Source of the DNA: Mobula hypostoma
Taxonomy: Eukaryota
NCBI RefSeq assembly: GCF_963921235.1
Contig: NC_086097.1
Span: forward strand, 136,154,001 to 136,218,000
Reading direction: 5' to 3'
Length of the DNA stretch: 64,000 nt
Part shown: positions 36,538 through 48,862 of the stretch, piece by piece
Position numbering within the stretch: the first letter of the stretch is position 1
Layout of the letters: each line of letters opens with the position of its first letter
Translations under genes and position numbers: made by a program
Notes under the pieces: generated by a model
The model's input: the letters and a program-made list of their open reading frames with translations, nothing else
What the model was told of the DNA's origin: nothing
The model's database searches: none

Positions 36538-37470
36538 TTCACACACAAAATGCTGGAGGCCAAGCACTCAGCAGGCCAAGCAGCATCTATGGAAAAGAGT
36601 AGAGTCGACGTTTCAGGCCAAGACCCTTCATCAGGGCAGGAGAAAGAAAGACGAGGAGTATGTTTTTGAAGGTGGGGGAGGAGAGGAAGAAACAGAAGGG
36701 GACAGGTGAAACTAGCAGGGGGAGGGTGAAGTAAAGAGCTGGGAAGTTGATTGGTAAAAGAGATACAGGGCTGGAGAAGTGGGGAATCTGATAGGAATGG
36801 ATAGAAGGCCATGGAAGAAAGAAAAGGAGGAGGAGAACAAGAGGGAGGTGATGGGCAGGTAAGGGGATAAGGTAAAAGAGGGAAATGGGAATGGGAAGTG
36901 GTGAAGGGGAGGCATTACCAGAAGTTTGAGAAATTGATGTTCATGCCATCAGGTTGGAGGCTACCCAGACAGAATATAAGGTTTTGCTCCTCCAACTTAA
37001 GTGTGGCTTCATTGCGACAGTAGAGGAGGCCATGGACTGACATGTTAGAATGGGAGTGGAAAGTGGAATTAAAATGGGTGGCCACTGGGAGATCCCAAGT
37101 ATTTGGATCCTGAGCTCTGGGAGATCCAGCACCCTGGCCCCTTGCATCTTATTTTCTCTATGGATGTCCAGTCCCTATACACATCCATCCCCCACCAGGA
37201 AGGCTTCAAAGCTCTCCATTTCTTTCTGGACACCAGACCCAACCAGTTCCCCTCCACCATTACTCTCCTCCGTCTGGCGGAACCATTCCTCACTCTCAAT
37301 AACTTCTCCTTCGGCTCCTCCCACTTCCCTCAAACAGAAGGTGTAGCCATGGTCTTGGCCTGAAACATTGACTGTACTATTTTCCATGATGCTGCCTGGC
37401 CTGCTGAGTTCCTCCAGCATCTTGTGTGTGTCGCTTTGGATTTCCAGCATCTGAAGATTTTCTCTTGTTT
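36538..37470. mobile_element. Second Penelope-like copy with inverted termini and a short RT segment
   Basis: 36538-37095 is a minus-strand 3' end. ORF 37103-37363 (+) reads MDVQSLYTSIPHQEG...NNFSFGSSHF..GVAM. 37350-37430 is the reverse complement of about 36540-36625. Confidence 0.8.
36601..36640 (-). ncRNA. Minimal hammerhead ribozyme-like motif (best-preserved core)
   Basis: Minus strand CTGATGA-AGG(GTCTTGG)CCT-GAAA-CGTC-GAC: both catalytic boxes and a GUC triplet are present, but stem I is degraded in this copy. Confidence 0.6.
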
Positions 37471-37474
37471 TGAG

Positions 37475-39060
37475 ATCACGTTTAATATCACTGGCATATG
37501 TCATGAAATTCATTGTGCCGCTGCAGCAGTAGATTGCAATACATAATAATAATAAAAAATTCAATATATATAAAAAGAGAGGGGAAAATCATGAGGTAGT
37601 GATCATGGATTCATTGTCTATTCAGAAATCTGATGGCAGAGAGGAAGAAACTGTTCCTGGAACACTGTGTAGCTCCTCCTTGATGGTCACAATGGGAAGA
37701 GGGCATGTCCTGGGTGATGGGGTCCTTAATGAATGATGCCACCTTTTTGAGGCACCTCATTTTGAAGTTGTCCTCAGTGCTGTGGAGGCTAGTGCCCATG
37801 ATGGAGCTGGCTGAAGGCTGATTTATACTTGTGCGTCAAATGTACGTCATAGGTACCGCCTATCCTATGGCGTAGGGTGACGTGCACCTCCCCAAAAATG
37901 TAACTCACATGTCGCGGCGACGCAGACAGCAACAACTGTGATTGGTCTGCTTGGTAGCATCGCATTTCCTGATACACATTTCCAGTTGCTTTCCTCCGCC
38001 ATGTCTATACACTGTTGCGAAATAAATGGTTGGAGACGATGAACCAAATCGTCAAATCTACCTGCCTACATCCGAAAATATTTGAAATGCATTTCCTTGT
38101 CCATGTCTCTCACGAAGAAACTCAACACGTGGCATAGAAACCCCACCGCCAACTAGCGTTTTGGCAGTGAATTGCAGAGTGACGCAGACACAACTACGCA
38201 TGCTCGTTATGGCGTAGGGCTACGCAAAAGTATAAATCAAGCCTACGGCATAGCCTGTGCACACAAGTATAAATCAGCCTTAAGTTTGCTATTTTCTGCA
38301 GTATTTTTCCAATGCTCTGCAGTGGTCCCTCCATACCAAACAGTGATACAATAAGTTAGAATGCTCTCCACTGTACAGTAATAGAACTTTGTGAGTGCCT
38401 CTGCTGATTACCAAGTCTCCTGAAATGCCTCATGAAGTATAGCCACTGTCTTCCCTTCTTTGTAACTGCATCAATATGTTGGGCCCAGGATAGATCCTCA
38501 GAGATGTTGACACTCAGGTGATGTCTGTCACCATTCGAAATTCTGCCAGCAGTAGTTGTGTTGTTGGCAGATTTATAGATGGTGTTTGTGTTGTGCCTAG
38601 CCACACACTCCTGGGTGTAGAGAGAGTAGGGTGGTGGGCTAAGTACGCACCCTCCAGATGCACCTGTGGTGATTGTCAGCGAGGTGGAGACTCCCAGTGA
38701 GGATCAAGGATCCAGTTGCAGAGGGAGGGGCAGATGCCCAGGTTTTGGACTGAGGGTATGATTGTGTTGAATGTTGAGCTGTGATCAATAAACAGCAGTC
38801 TGACATAGGTGTTACTATCGCCTGCGTGATCCAAGGGTAAGCGGAGATTCAGTGAGATTGCGTCCGCTGTGGACCGATTGTGGTGATAGGCAAATTGCAG
38901 TGGGTCCAGTTCCTTACTTAGGCAGGAGTTGGTTCTCGCCATGACCAATTTCTCAAAGCACTTCATCACAGTAGACGTGAGTGCCCTGAGCCATAGTCAT
39001 TGAAGCTGCTCACCCTGCTCTTTCTGGGCAATCACTGGTATGATTGTTGTCCTTCGAAGC
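37475..39060 (-). mobile_element. Rex1/Babar-type LINE remnant hosting the MITE
   Basis: ORF 38676-38969 MKCFEKLV...LDPLQFAY..NRSTADAI...VRLLFID.SSTFNTIIP (RT) and ORF 38356-38604. Confidence 0.8.
37815..38280. mobile_element. PIF/Harbinger-type MITE, same family as 7678-8190, opposite orientation
   Basis: TIRs AGGCTGATTTATACTTGTG and CACAAGTATAAATCAGCCT, flanked by TGA and TAA. The interior is reverse-complement similar to the first copy. Confidence 0.85.
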
Positions 39061-40279
39061 AGCTAATTTTACAACTGATTTTAACTCTCAGCCCTGGTTC
39101 CATGCTCCCCGATCAAAAGGAATAGATTCTCTCTCTAACTATATCAACTAACTTTTACACCTTGGAAATATTAAGTCAATGAAGGAAAAATGCTACTTTG
39201 TTTGGAGACACAAGAGACTACAGATGCTAGAATATGAAGCAACAAGCAATCTGCTTGGGGACCTCGGTGAGCCGAGCAGCATCTAAGGAAGTGAAGTGTT
39301 GACATTTTCTCCTTTGATTCTTGGAGAATGGGAAGCATTTTAGTAGACTAATAATTAGACGCATACTGCAAACTGAAAAATGAAGGTGTTGGTTGAAAAT
39401 ATTTGAACGATTTATAAATCTGAAACATTATGTAAGCTGCCAGTTGAGTTCACACATAGAAAGCAGTTTCTGTCAACAGAAAGGAGCCATTTAATGTGTT
39501 GGATGAACTTGCACATTTAGAACAAGGCTCATTTAGTGTAAAACCTGAAAAAGCTTTCTTTCAAACATGGCCTGACTCAACTGGGATGTTTCCAATGCCA
39601 GACTTATAACCTTGCTAACTGTGCATTTATTTAATCAACGGCTAAATGCTCACACAGCTCTTCACTGACTCTCTGCCTGGAAAGCAATGTGCAACATGAG
39701 CAAATTTTAACCCCAAGACTTTCATTCAAAGTGTAGTGGCTTCTGGAAAAATGACCCCAGGAAAAAGTTTCACCACAACCTACAATTTCTTTTTCTTCAC
39801 TTTTCAGGATGAAATAATTTTTTCAGATTTGTGGACTATTTTCTCTGCCGCACTCTTACTGACACTGGTGTTAGTCAGGATCATCGACCAGGCGCTGAAA
39901 CTCTTTCATAGAACACAGAACAGAACATAATAGAGTACACCACAGTAGGGTCCCTTTGGCCCACAACATTGTGCCAACCTTTTAACCTACTCCACGATCA
40001 ATCCTCCTACACAGCTCATAACGCTCTGTTTTTCTTTCATCCATGTGCCTATCTATGAGTCTTTTAAAGATCCATAATGTATCAGCCTTTACCATCACCC
40101 CCACAGAGAATTCCAGACACTTACCACTCTCTGTATAAATATCCAACCTCTAACATCTTCCCTAAGCCTTCTATGGAAAGCGGAGGAAGGTTTAGCAGAA
40201 TGCCCGTTCTTTGCAGGTGTAGACTTTGATGGGGCAAATCACAATAGTTGATGCAGCAATTACACGTGCCTGGGTAATG

Positions 40280-40568
40280 CAAGCACACACACATCTATGC
40301 TGATGCATGCATGCAGTCTCTCTGACACACACACACACACACACACGCACGCACACATGCATGCACACACACACACACACACACATACACACACATACAT
40401 ACATGACACATACACATGCACACATGCACACACACGCACATATACACACACACGCACACACATCCACACACACATATACACACACGCAATGCACACACAC
40501 GTGCACACACACACGCACAAATACACATACACACATGCAGGCTCATACTCACACACACACACATGCAT

Positions 40569-40614
<46 letters not shown>

Positions 40615-40662
40615 ACACGTACACACACGCACACACATATACACACACACTCACTCACACAA
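40280..40662. repeat. Long imperfect (CA)n low-complexity tract
   Basis: Directly visible. Confidence 0.95.
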
Positions 40663-41949
40663 AGCCATTCATAACCATGGAAAATTGCGCAGCTAATGAC
40701 GTTTTCCAGAAATAGACCATGTAAGAAATTGATTTGTTTCTTGGCCTTGGAAAATTTATTGTAACTTAAAAAAGCAGGAATACTGGAACCACTCAGCAGG
40801 TCAGGGAGCATCTGTGTTAAGAGAACCTAGAGTCATAGAATCATAGAGCAAGCCCTTCAGCCCATCTATTCCATGCCGATCCATTAATCTGCCTAGTCCC
40901 ATCGACCTGCACTCGGGCTATAGTCCACACCTCCCATACATGTACCTAAACAAATTTCTCTTAAATGTTGAAGCTGATCGCGCATCCGCCAAAAATGGTG
41001 AATATGGAATGAAAAATAGAGAGAATGCTGAAAATTTTAATGCTGGGTCTTGACCTGAAACATCAACAGTTCCTTTTCTCTCAGAGAAGCCGCCTAACCC
41101 ACTGAGTTCCTGCAGATGTTTGTTCGCTGCTCCCAATTCTGGCATCCATACTCTCTTGTTTGTCCAGGGAGAATACTCACCAGGCTAGGCGGCATCTGCA
41201 GAGAGTGAAACAGAGTTAATGGTTCAAGTTGTAAATTCCTTTAATCTGATAATATGGAGATGGCTCAATTATGTAATATACAGTACTGCAGTTATAAATA
41301 TCAGGAGAAATTTTTGCTCTTCTGAGATGGATGCAAGATATCAACTCCAAAAAAAGAATCAGCAAGAATTGGATTGATAAACTATCTTAAAAGGGGATTA
41401 GACTAATCAAGTTTTCCTGGGAATATTATGACTCAGGGATGATGAATGAGTCTCACATTATACACAGCTCATTCCACGCTTTCACCACCCTCTTAGTGAA
41501 GTTTTTCCTCACATTCCCCTTAAACATTTCACCGTTCACCCTTAACCCATGAGCGCAGAAAAAAAAATATAAGAAAGTTGCTGGGACTTGAGGACCTGAG
41601 TTATAGGCAAAGGCTGAATAGGTTCGGACTTTATTCCCTGGAACGCAGAAGATCAAAGGGAGATCTGATGGAGGTATACTAAATTATGAGGGCCAAAGAT
41701 AGGGTAAATGCAAGCAGGTTTTTTCCACTGAGATTGGGTGTCCCAAATTATGGCATGGTACCTGTCCATTGAGAAGCACCTTGGACATGATGTTCACCAT
41801 GAGAAGTAAAGGGAGCAGCACCAAGCATAACATGGGGCCTTCTCCACCCTCACTGAAGGTTTAGATTCTGACCAACACAAGTTGTGGAGCAACTTCCTCA
41901 GACTTAGCTTCCCACAACGTATTTCATCTCCATTTTACACTTGCTTCAT

Positions 41950-43130
41950 GATGTCATGCAAGCCTCAAAACTAACTTAGTGGATCTACCATGGAATTAGT
42001 GAAGATCAATAGCAAACTGCATTTCCACGCCAACACTTGTGTCCATACTCCTCTCTGCAATGCTGGTCCTCACCTTCGACAAGCTACCTGATGAGGCAGG
42101 GCTGATCTACCTGACAAGTGAGAAATTGTTTAGCCCCTATCACCTGCAGTCCAGGATCAAGATCACCCCAACCTCAGTCATTAGGATGAGAGAGGGAGAG
42201 AGAAAAATGTGCAAAATAGTGTAAAAAATCAAAGACACGTTCAGAGATAGGTCCATGGTAGTGCAAGAGGTGGTCGGTAGCTTTCCATTGCGGATGTAGG
42301 GTTAGAGTTTTACAAGAACCTGATGGCTGTAGGAATGCATCTGTCCCTGAACTTGGTGATGTAGGACATCAAGCTTCTGTACCTCTTACCCAACAGAAGC
42401 AGCAAGAAGAGATCCTGACTCAGAAGGAGGGGATGCTAGATGACAGATTCTGCCTTCTTGACACATTATGTCCTGTGGATGATATCAATGTTGGATTAGG
42501 GCTGTGCCTGTGATAGACTGGGTGTGTCCGGTGCTCTCTGCAGACTTTTATATTCATCTTGGTTAGTGCTGCTGTGAAGCACCTCTCAGAGAACGTTTTA
42601 GTCAAAGGCAGTTCACTACTGCCTTCTTTTTACCACCACAACTTCTGACTCATTGAGAAATAGAGTGTTGGAAGAGAGAGAGGCAAGAGACCGCAGATAC
42701 TGGAACCTGGACCAGGACAGATCCTGATCTTGATGCAGGGTTTTGACTGGGAACATTGAGAATTCACACCACCACCCCCCCCCCCCCCGACAACAGATAC
42801 TGACAGGCTGCTCATTCTTCTAGCAGATTGTTTGATGACTGAAACCAAAATGAGCACAGATCTCGTAGACTACTGGTGTGCTGGTGTCCCAAGGCACTGT
42901 AGAGATTGTACCAAAGCCAACTCTGCAAAGTCCTCCATATCTACTGCCTATGTGCACTCCCATGCCATCATTCCCCAAACAACTTACATACCCATCCTCC
43001 CTGTCAACCACCTCCTGCCCCGTCTGTGGAAGAGTCAGGGATTCACACTCAGACCTCATCAGTCACTTCCGAACTCATGAATCTGGGGCGGTGACAATCC
43101 ATCCTCAATCTCAATGGACTGCTTATCTCA
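41950..43130 (+). mobile_element. Fragmented RTE-like LINE remnant
   Basis: SAMLVLTFDKLP..AGLIY.TSEKLF (ORF 42039) and C-terminal CPVCGRV.DSH..LISHFRTH (ORF 42878). Interrupted by other repeats. Confidence 0.5.
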
Positions 43131-43134
43131 ATGG

Positions 43135-43898
43135 ACACTGAGCGACCACTCTCCATTGAACATCGACGACTCCTCTGTAGAGATCGTTAAGAGCACCAGA
43201 TTTCTTGGTGTTCACTGGCAAAGAATCTCACCTGGTCCCCGAACACCAGCTCCATAGCAAAGAAAGCCCAGCAGCGTCTCTACTTCCTGCGAAGGCTGAG
43301 AAAAGCCCATCTCCCCCCCCCCCCATCCTCACCACATTCTAGAGGTTGTATCGAGAGCATCCTGAGCAGCTGCATCACTGCCTGGTTCAGAAATTTCACC
43401 ATCTCGGATCGCAAGACCCTGCAGCGGATAGTGAGGACAGCTGAGAAGATCACTGGGGTCTCTCTTCCCTCCATTACAGACATTTACACCACACACTGCA
43501 TTCGTAAAGCAAACAGCATTATGAAGGACCCCACGCACCCCTCATACAAACTCTTCTCCCTCCTGCCATCTGGCAAAAGGCACTGAAGTATTCGGGCTCT
43601 CACGACCAGACTATGTAACAGTTCCTTCCCCCAGGCCATCAGACTCCTCAATACACAAAGCCTGGACTGACACCAACCTGCTGCCCTCTACTGTGCATAT
43701 TGCCTTGTTTATTATTTATTGTAATGCCTGAACTGTTTTGTGCACTTTATGCAGTCCTGGGTAGGACTGTAGTCTAGTGTAGTTTTTGTATTGTTTCATG
43801 TAGCACCATGGTCCTGAAAAACATTGTCTCGTTTTTACTGTGTACTGTACCAGCAGTTATGGTCGAAATGACAATAAAAAGTGACTTGACTTGACTTG
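43135..43898 (+). mobile_element. Rex1/Babar-type LINE 3' part
   Basis: Encodes KKAQQRLYFLRRLRK...IESILSSCITAWF...LQRIVRTAEKI...LFSLLPSGKR; (GACTT)n tail at about 43882-43898. Confidence 0.85.
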
Positions 43899-45414
43899 AA
43901 GAAGATTCATTGAATAGTTTTCTAAATTTATCTGGTGTGCTGGAAGATAAAATTCTGTGTCACCTACCACAATGACATTTTATAGCTTCTATTGTTTACA
44001 AGATGTGTGCTTTTTTTCCCCTTTCTCTGTGCAGTAGTTATGGTTTTTTTCTTAATTAGGTTCTTCAGGTTTCTTGCTTTGTGGCTGCCTGTATAAGTTA
44101 TACATTCTTTGATAATAAATATTCTTCAAATTGGCCTCATAATCCTCTAATGTCTTGGAGAAACTTTGGAATCAACAGATGATTTGAAATTCTGTCTTCT
44201 ATATAAGCAACTACTTAAAATTACAAAAGAAAATTGAATGAATTATAGTGCAGAATAGAAATTGTAAATATAGAAAGAATTTGTTTCATTTTCTTTGATC
44301 CTTTCTGTCCCATAGATACTGAGTAAACCTTTTCCCTCAGTGAAGTTGTTATTAGTTTCTGTATCTGAAACCATGGGGATGATTAAACAGAATGATTTTC
44401 AAAAATACTTTGGCACAATTGTGTATATAACTGTGTTTAATTAGTGTCTTAGTACCATGTGCTGTAATAAATAGATACGAAATTATTTGGAATATCTTTG
44501 CTGTGACCCAGAAGACGAAGAAGAAGAAGAAGAGAGAGAGAGGGAGTGTAGAGGAGGGGAAGAGAGGGAAAGACACAGAGATAGGGAGACAGAAAGTCAG
44601 AAAGTGTTTATCAGAAACAGAGAGAAAGGGCAGAAAAAGACAAGCAAAGGTATGTGCACAAGGGAGAAGGGTGAGAGACACAAATGGATGGAAAAAAGTT
44701 AGAAAGAAAGAAGAATTCATCAGACAGAAAGACAGAGTCATGTAGAAAGAAACATACATAAGCAAAGAAAATGATAGAGAGAGGTGGGAGTGGGAAATAC
44801 AGATAGATGGGGAGAGAGAAAGAGAGGGAGCTCTTCTGTGAATTAATCCTTCAGATCTTTCTCAACATGCTCTGTCAGACTGTCAGACAAGGCCTCAGTT
44901 TAATATCTCATCAGAAAGACACCATTTCTCACAGTGCAGCACTCCCTCACTATTGCCCTGTAAATGTTAGCCTAGATCCAGAGTCTGGAGTATGTTTTAA
45001 ACTCACAGATCGTCTGAAGTGAGAATTTTGGTAACTGAACCAGAGTTGACTTCATTGACTTCCGCGAGCCAAACTCATTTTCTACATTTGGGCTTGTTCT
45101 GGCACTTCAGAGGAGAACAAAACAAAAGTTTACATTTTCCTGATAATCTCTTGATGCTCATTGTTTATATCAGATCTCAATTTGTAGTGCCCTTGGGCAA
45201 TATTGGCACCGACCTTTGTTATTCCTTGTACCAGTGAGAATCAAACCATTCATTGGCTGGGTCTGTCAAATTCATTTCAAGATTTCTACATACACACTGT
45301 GTTCTTGGTTTAAGTGGTTCACTATCCCAAATAAATAATGCAAGCACAGGGAAAAGCAAACTTTTGAAAAGCCAGTATTTTACCAGTGCAGTGATGATGG
45401 AAGAGCCAATATTT

Positions 45415-45945
45415 AGATGAGATTAGATTAGATTAGATTCAACTTTATTGTCATTGTGCCAAGTACAGATACAAAGCCAATGAAATGCAGTTAGCATCTG
45501 ACCAGAAATGCAAAGAATGGTGTTATTTACAAAATAACTGCGAATAAAAAGTAAGTGCTACAGCACACAAATATAAAAGTACTGAGACAGTACAATATGG
45601 GTGCAATACTGCTTAGCGCTGTGTTGAGAGGTTCAGCAGAGTCACAGCCTCAGGGAAGAAGCTCTTCCTGTGCCTGCTGGTGCGGGAGCGGAGGCTCCTG
45701 TAGCGCCTACCAGATGGGAGAAGAGTAAAAAGTCCATGGTTAGGGTGAGATGCATCCTTCATAATGCTTTTTGCCCTGCCCAGGCAGCGTTTATGGTAGA
45801 TGTTCTCAATGATGGGCAATTAGGTGCCGATAATCCACTGGGCAGTTTTCACCACCCGCTGGAGTGCTTTGTGGTCCAATACGGGACAATTGCCATGCCA
45901 CACTGAGATGCAGTTGGTGAGTATGCTCTCAATGGTACAGCCATT
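45415..45945 (-). mobile_element. Rex1/Babar-type LINE 3' fragment
   Basis: ORF 45613-45819 HPNHGLFTLLPSGRRYRSLRSRTSR..SFFP; (ATTAG)n tail. Confidence 0.85.
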
Positions 45946-48128
45946 TACATTCCAGATTCACAAAAGTTGCTAAGGAGAGAAGTTCCAATGAACTTTGACA
46001 GGAACCACAGCTCAAGTGACCCAGGTGCAATCCTGACCTCAGACATAGTATATGTGGGATTTGTGAGTTTCCCTGTGACCAGTGGGTTTCCTCTGGGTGC
46101 TCCAGTTTCCATTCACGTCTCAAAGACAGAGAACAACATAGAGCACAGAACAAGCCTTTTTGGCCCACAATGTTGCGTTGCACTAACTAAGCTGGTAACT
46201 AAAAGCCTGCTACACTAGTCCCTTCTGCTAGGCAATGCCCATAACCTTCCATTCTCTGCATATTCATGTGCTTATCTAATACCTCTGTCATATATGCCTC
46301 CAGTACCACCACTGGCAGCACATTCCAGGCATTCATCACTCCCTGCATAATAAAAAATTACCCACACATCTCCTCTGAACTAAGGCAGTTAGATGGAGTC
46401 AGGTCACAGACCGTTTGTATGGAACATGCTGAAAGGGTTAGTATCCAATCTGGGTTCCTATTTGACCATGCTGACGAGTCTGCAAGCCAGATTGGGAGAA
46501 TGTGAGAGCTGGTCCCTCAATGTGCGCAGATGTCTGTCATGGGAAGCTTAAAGGTTGAGCCTTCAGACAAAAAGCCACATAGAAGAATGGGTTATATTCT
46601 TAGCTGGTTATTGCAGCAGTTTGCTTAACTCACCCAAATACCTCATATCTGACTCAATAAGAATGAGTTAGAATTTACAAGCTATTAAACAGAATAAAAA
46701 TCTAAATGGCAGGAAAGGCTCCAGCAGTGGTGGTTAGTAACAAAGAGTGAATAGGATCTTATCCCCCTGCCAGAACTGGACGAGTCTCGGATTAGTGGGC
46801 TGTCAGAATACTAAAAAAAATCTTAACCCCATTGCAACCTGCTCAAACCCATCCAATCCATTGTAACATATGTACAGGGCAACCAACTCAGTCCCTGGGC
46901 TGTGCATTGCTCTGTTAAGTATGTTAATGAGGCTTAACCTACTCTAGCTCTAACATTAACCAAATCTTTGGACCCCTGTCAACCGAAGGCAGGCAAGGGC
47001 AGCTGTGGTGAGATGTAAATGTTTTGCCAGCACAGTTTTTAGTACAGGAGGGTTAACCTGTTTCCCCTCACTCACCCCATCCTACTGAATTCAGCTATTA
47101 CTGACACTTACGTGGTCACACGCTCCCCTCCAGTCTGAACCCATTCCTTCCAATCAGATGTAATCAGGTCCAGTACCCATCCATGAGATTAGATCATTTC
47201 TGGTGGTCAACGATCATTAATCCCTCAGCCTTTGTCCCTGCGGTGACTCTAATCCCCTCCCTTGATCCACAGCCCCCTGAAGCCTCCAGCCCCAAGCTGC
47301 ACCATCAGCACCTACGCTGGCCCGCAGTGCCATCTTGAATGTCCCATCTCACAGGGCGGTGATCACAAACTGACCATCAAATCATTCAGTTTGGATAGTT
47401 CGACTCTCGGGTGGGCATTGCTAGCAGTTATTGTCCATCACTACTTGCCCTTGAGAAGGTGGGGCTGAGCCATCGACTTGTGGCACAGTAGCATGGCGGT
47501 TAGTGTACTGCTTTACTTGGCTGTGAGATTGGGCTTCAATTCACACCTCTGACTGTAAGCAGTCTGAATATTCTTCCCATGACCATGTGGTTCTGTGCGC
47601 TGGTTTCCTCCGACATTTCAGATAGTCGCCAGCATGCCATGTTGGCACCACAGTGTTCCAGTGAAGGTGCCCCTCACAGTGCTGTTGAGGAGGGAGTTCC
47701 ACGGTTTGGGTTTGGCTCCTGAAATAAATATCCAAATCCGGAAATACTGGAAACCTTCAGCTGGACAGGCAGCATCTATGGAGAGAGAATGCCATTTCAG
47801 GTAAATGGCTTTTCAGGATGAGAGCTCCTCCTGTGCTGTTTATCTTGCTGAGTAAATTCAGTCTAATTGTCATTCAACCACATATGAATACCCATGCATA
47901 CAATCAAGTGAAGCAGTGTTACTCATGGGCCAAGGTGCAAAACACAGTACCGACAGTCATACATGGCACAAGGCATATATAGCACATATAAACATGCAGT
48001 CACACAAAAAAATTTATACTATAGCCCAAGTTGCTGATCCATAAATGTTATCGGCAAGAGCAAGCCTGCAGCAGTCAGCAGACGAACACCATTCAGCTTG
48101 TCTTCCACCGAGCGAACACTGGAGGCAG

Positions 48129-48267
48129 CACCGATGCCAGTATAGATCACCATGCCAGTATAGATCACTGTTCCAGTACAGATCACCGTGTCAGTATAGA
48201 TCACCGATGCCCGTATAGATCACCGTGCCAGTATAGATCACCGATGCCCATATAGATCACCGTGCCA
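48129..48267. repeat. Minisatellite, about 7.5 copies of 18-19 bp (CACCG[A]TGCCAGTATAGAT)
   Basis: Units counted directly; no spacers. Confidence 0.9.
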
Positions 48268-48609
48268 CACCACCTCCAGGCACTGACTCTGATGCCCCTC
48301 TCCTGGACAGCAGCAAACAGGCAACGCAGCAGCACGAGGTCTGGACTGCACTGCAACCCGAAGCCACGCAGCTCCTCCACCACTGGTCCCATCAATAGAG
48401 AACTGGACTTGCAGCATTCCATATTACCAACATCCAACACAGTCTTGTGATCACAAGAAAAATGACTAAGACAATCTCTCGTTGCTAGACTGCACTCCAC
48501 CTTCACGCACTGACTCTCTGTAGCAGACAGCAATACAATCCTCATCAAGTCCAGCTCCTCCACCAAAGTGCAACTCATTAATGGGGTAGGTCTGTAATAC
48601 TTGGAGTTC

Positions 48610-48727
48610 TTAATGTCTACCAGTGTCTTGCCATCGTAAAAAGACAATTGATGTCTACCTGTGTCTTGCCATCGTAAAAAACAATTAATGTCTACCAGTG
48701 TCTTGCCATCGTAAAAGGACAATTAAT
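48610..48727. repeat. Triple tandem repeat of about 38 bp (TAATGTCTACCAGTGTCTTGCCATCGTAAAAAGACAAT)
   Basis: Directly visible. Confidence 0.9.
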
Positions 48728-48862
48728 AAAGACAATAACACCTTTGGCTGGCCCTGTAGAGACCACTGCGTCTGAACGTGCCACCATCTTAACTTCAACA
48801 TTCTGATTTTAGTGATGAAAAGAAGGAAGTTAGGGCATTCAAAAGAGCCTATTGAGCTTTAC

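Noticed and set aside
40192..40811. Multiple His/Thr- or Cys/Val-rich ORFs (also 800-1306 and 52580-53080)
   Set aside because: Translations of CA/TG microsatellites.
48129..48267. Short regular repeats resembling a CRISPR array
   Set aside because: The units are head-to-tail with no unique spacers, there are no cas genes, and the context is eukaryotic.
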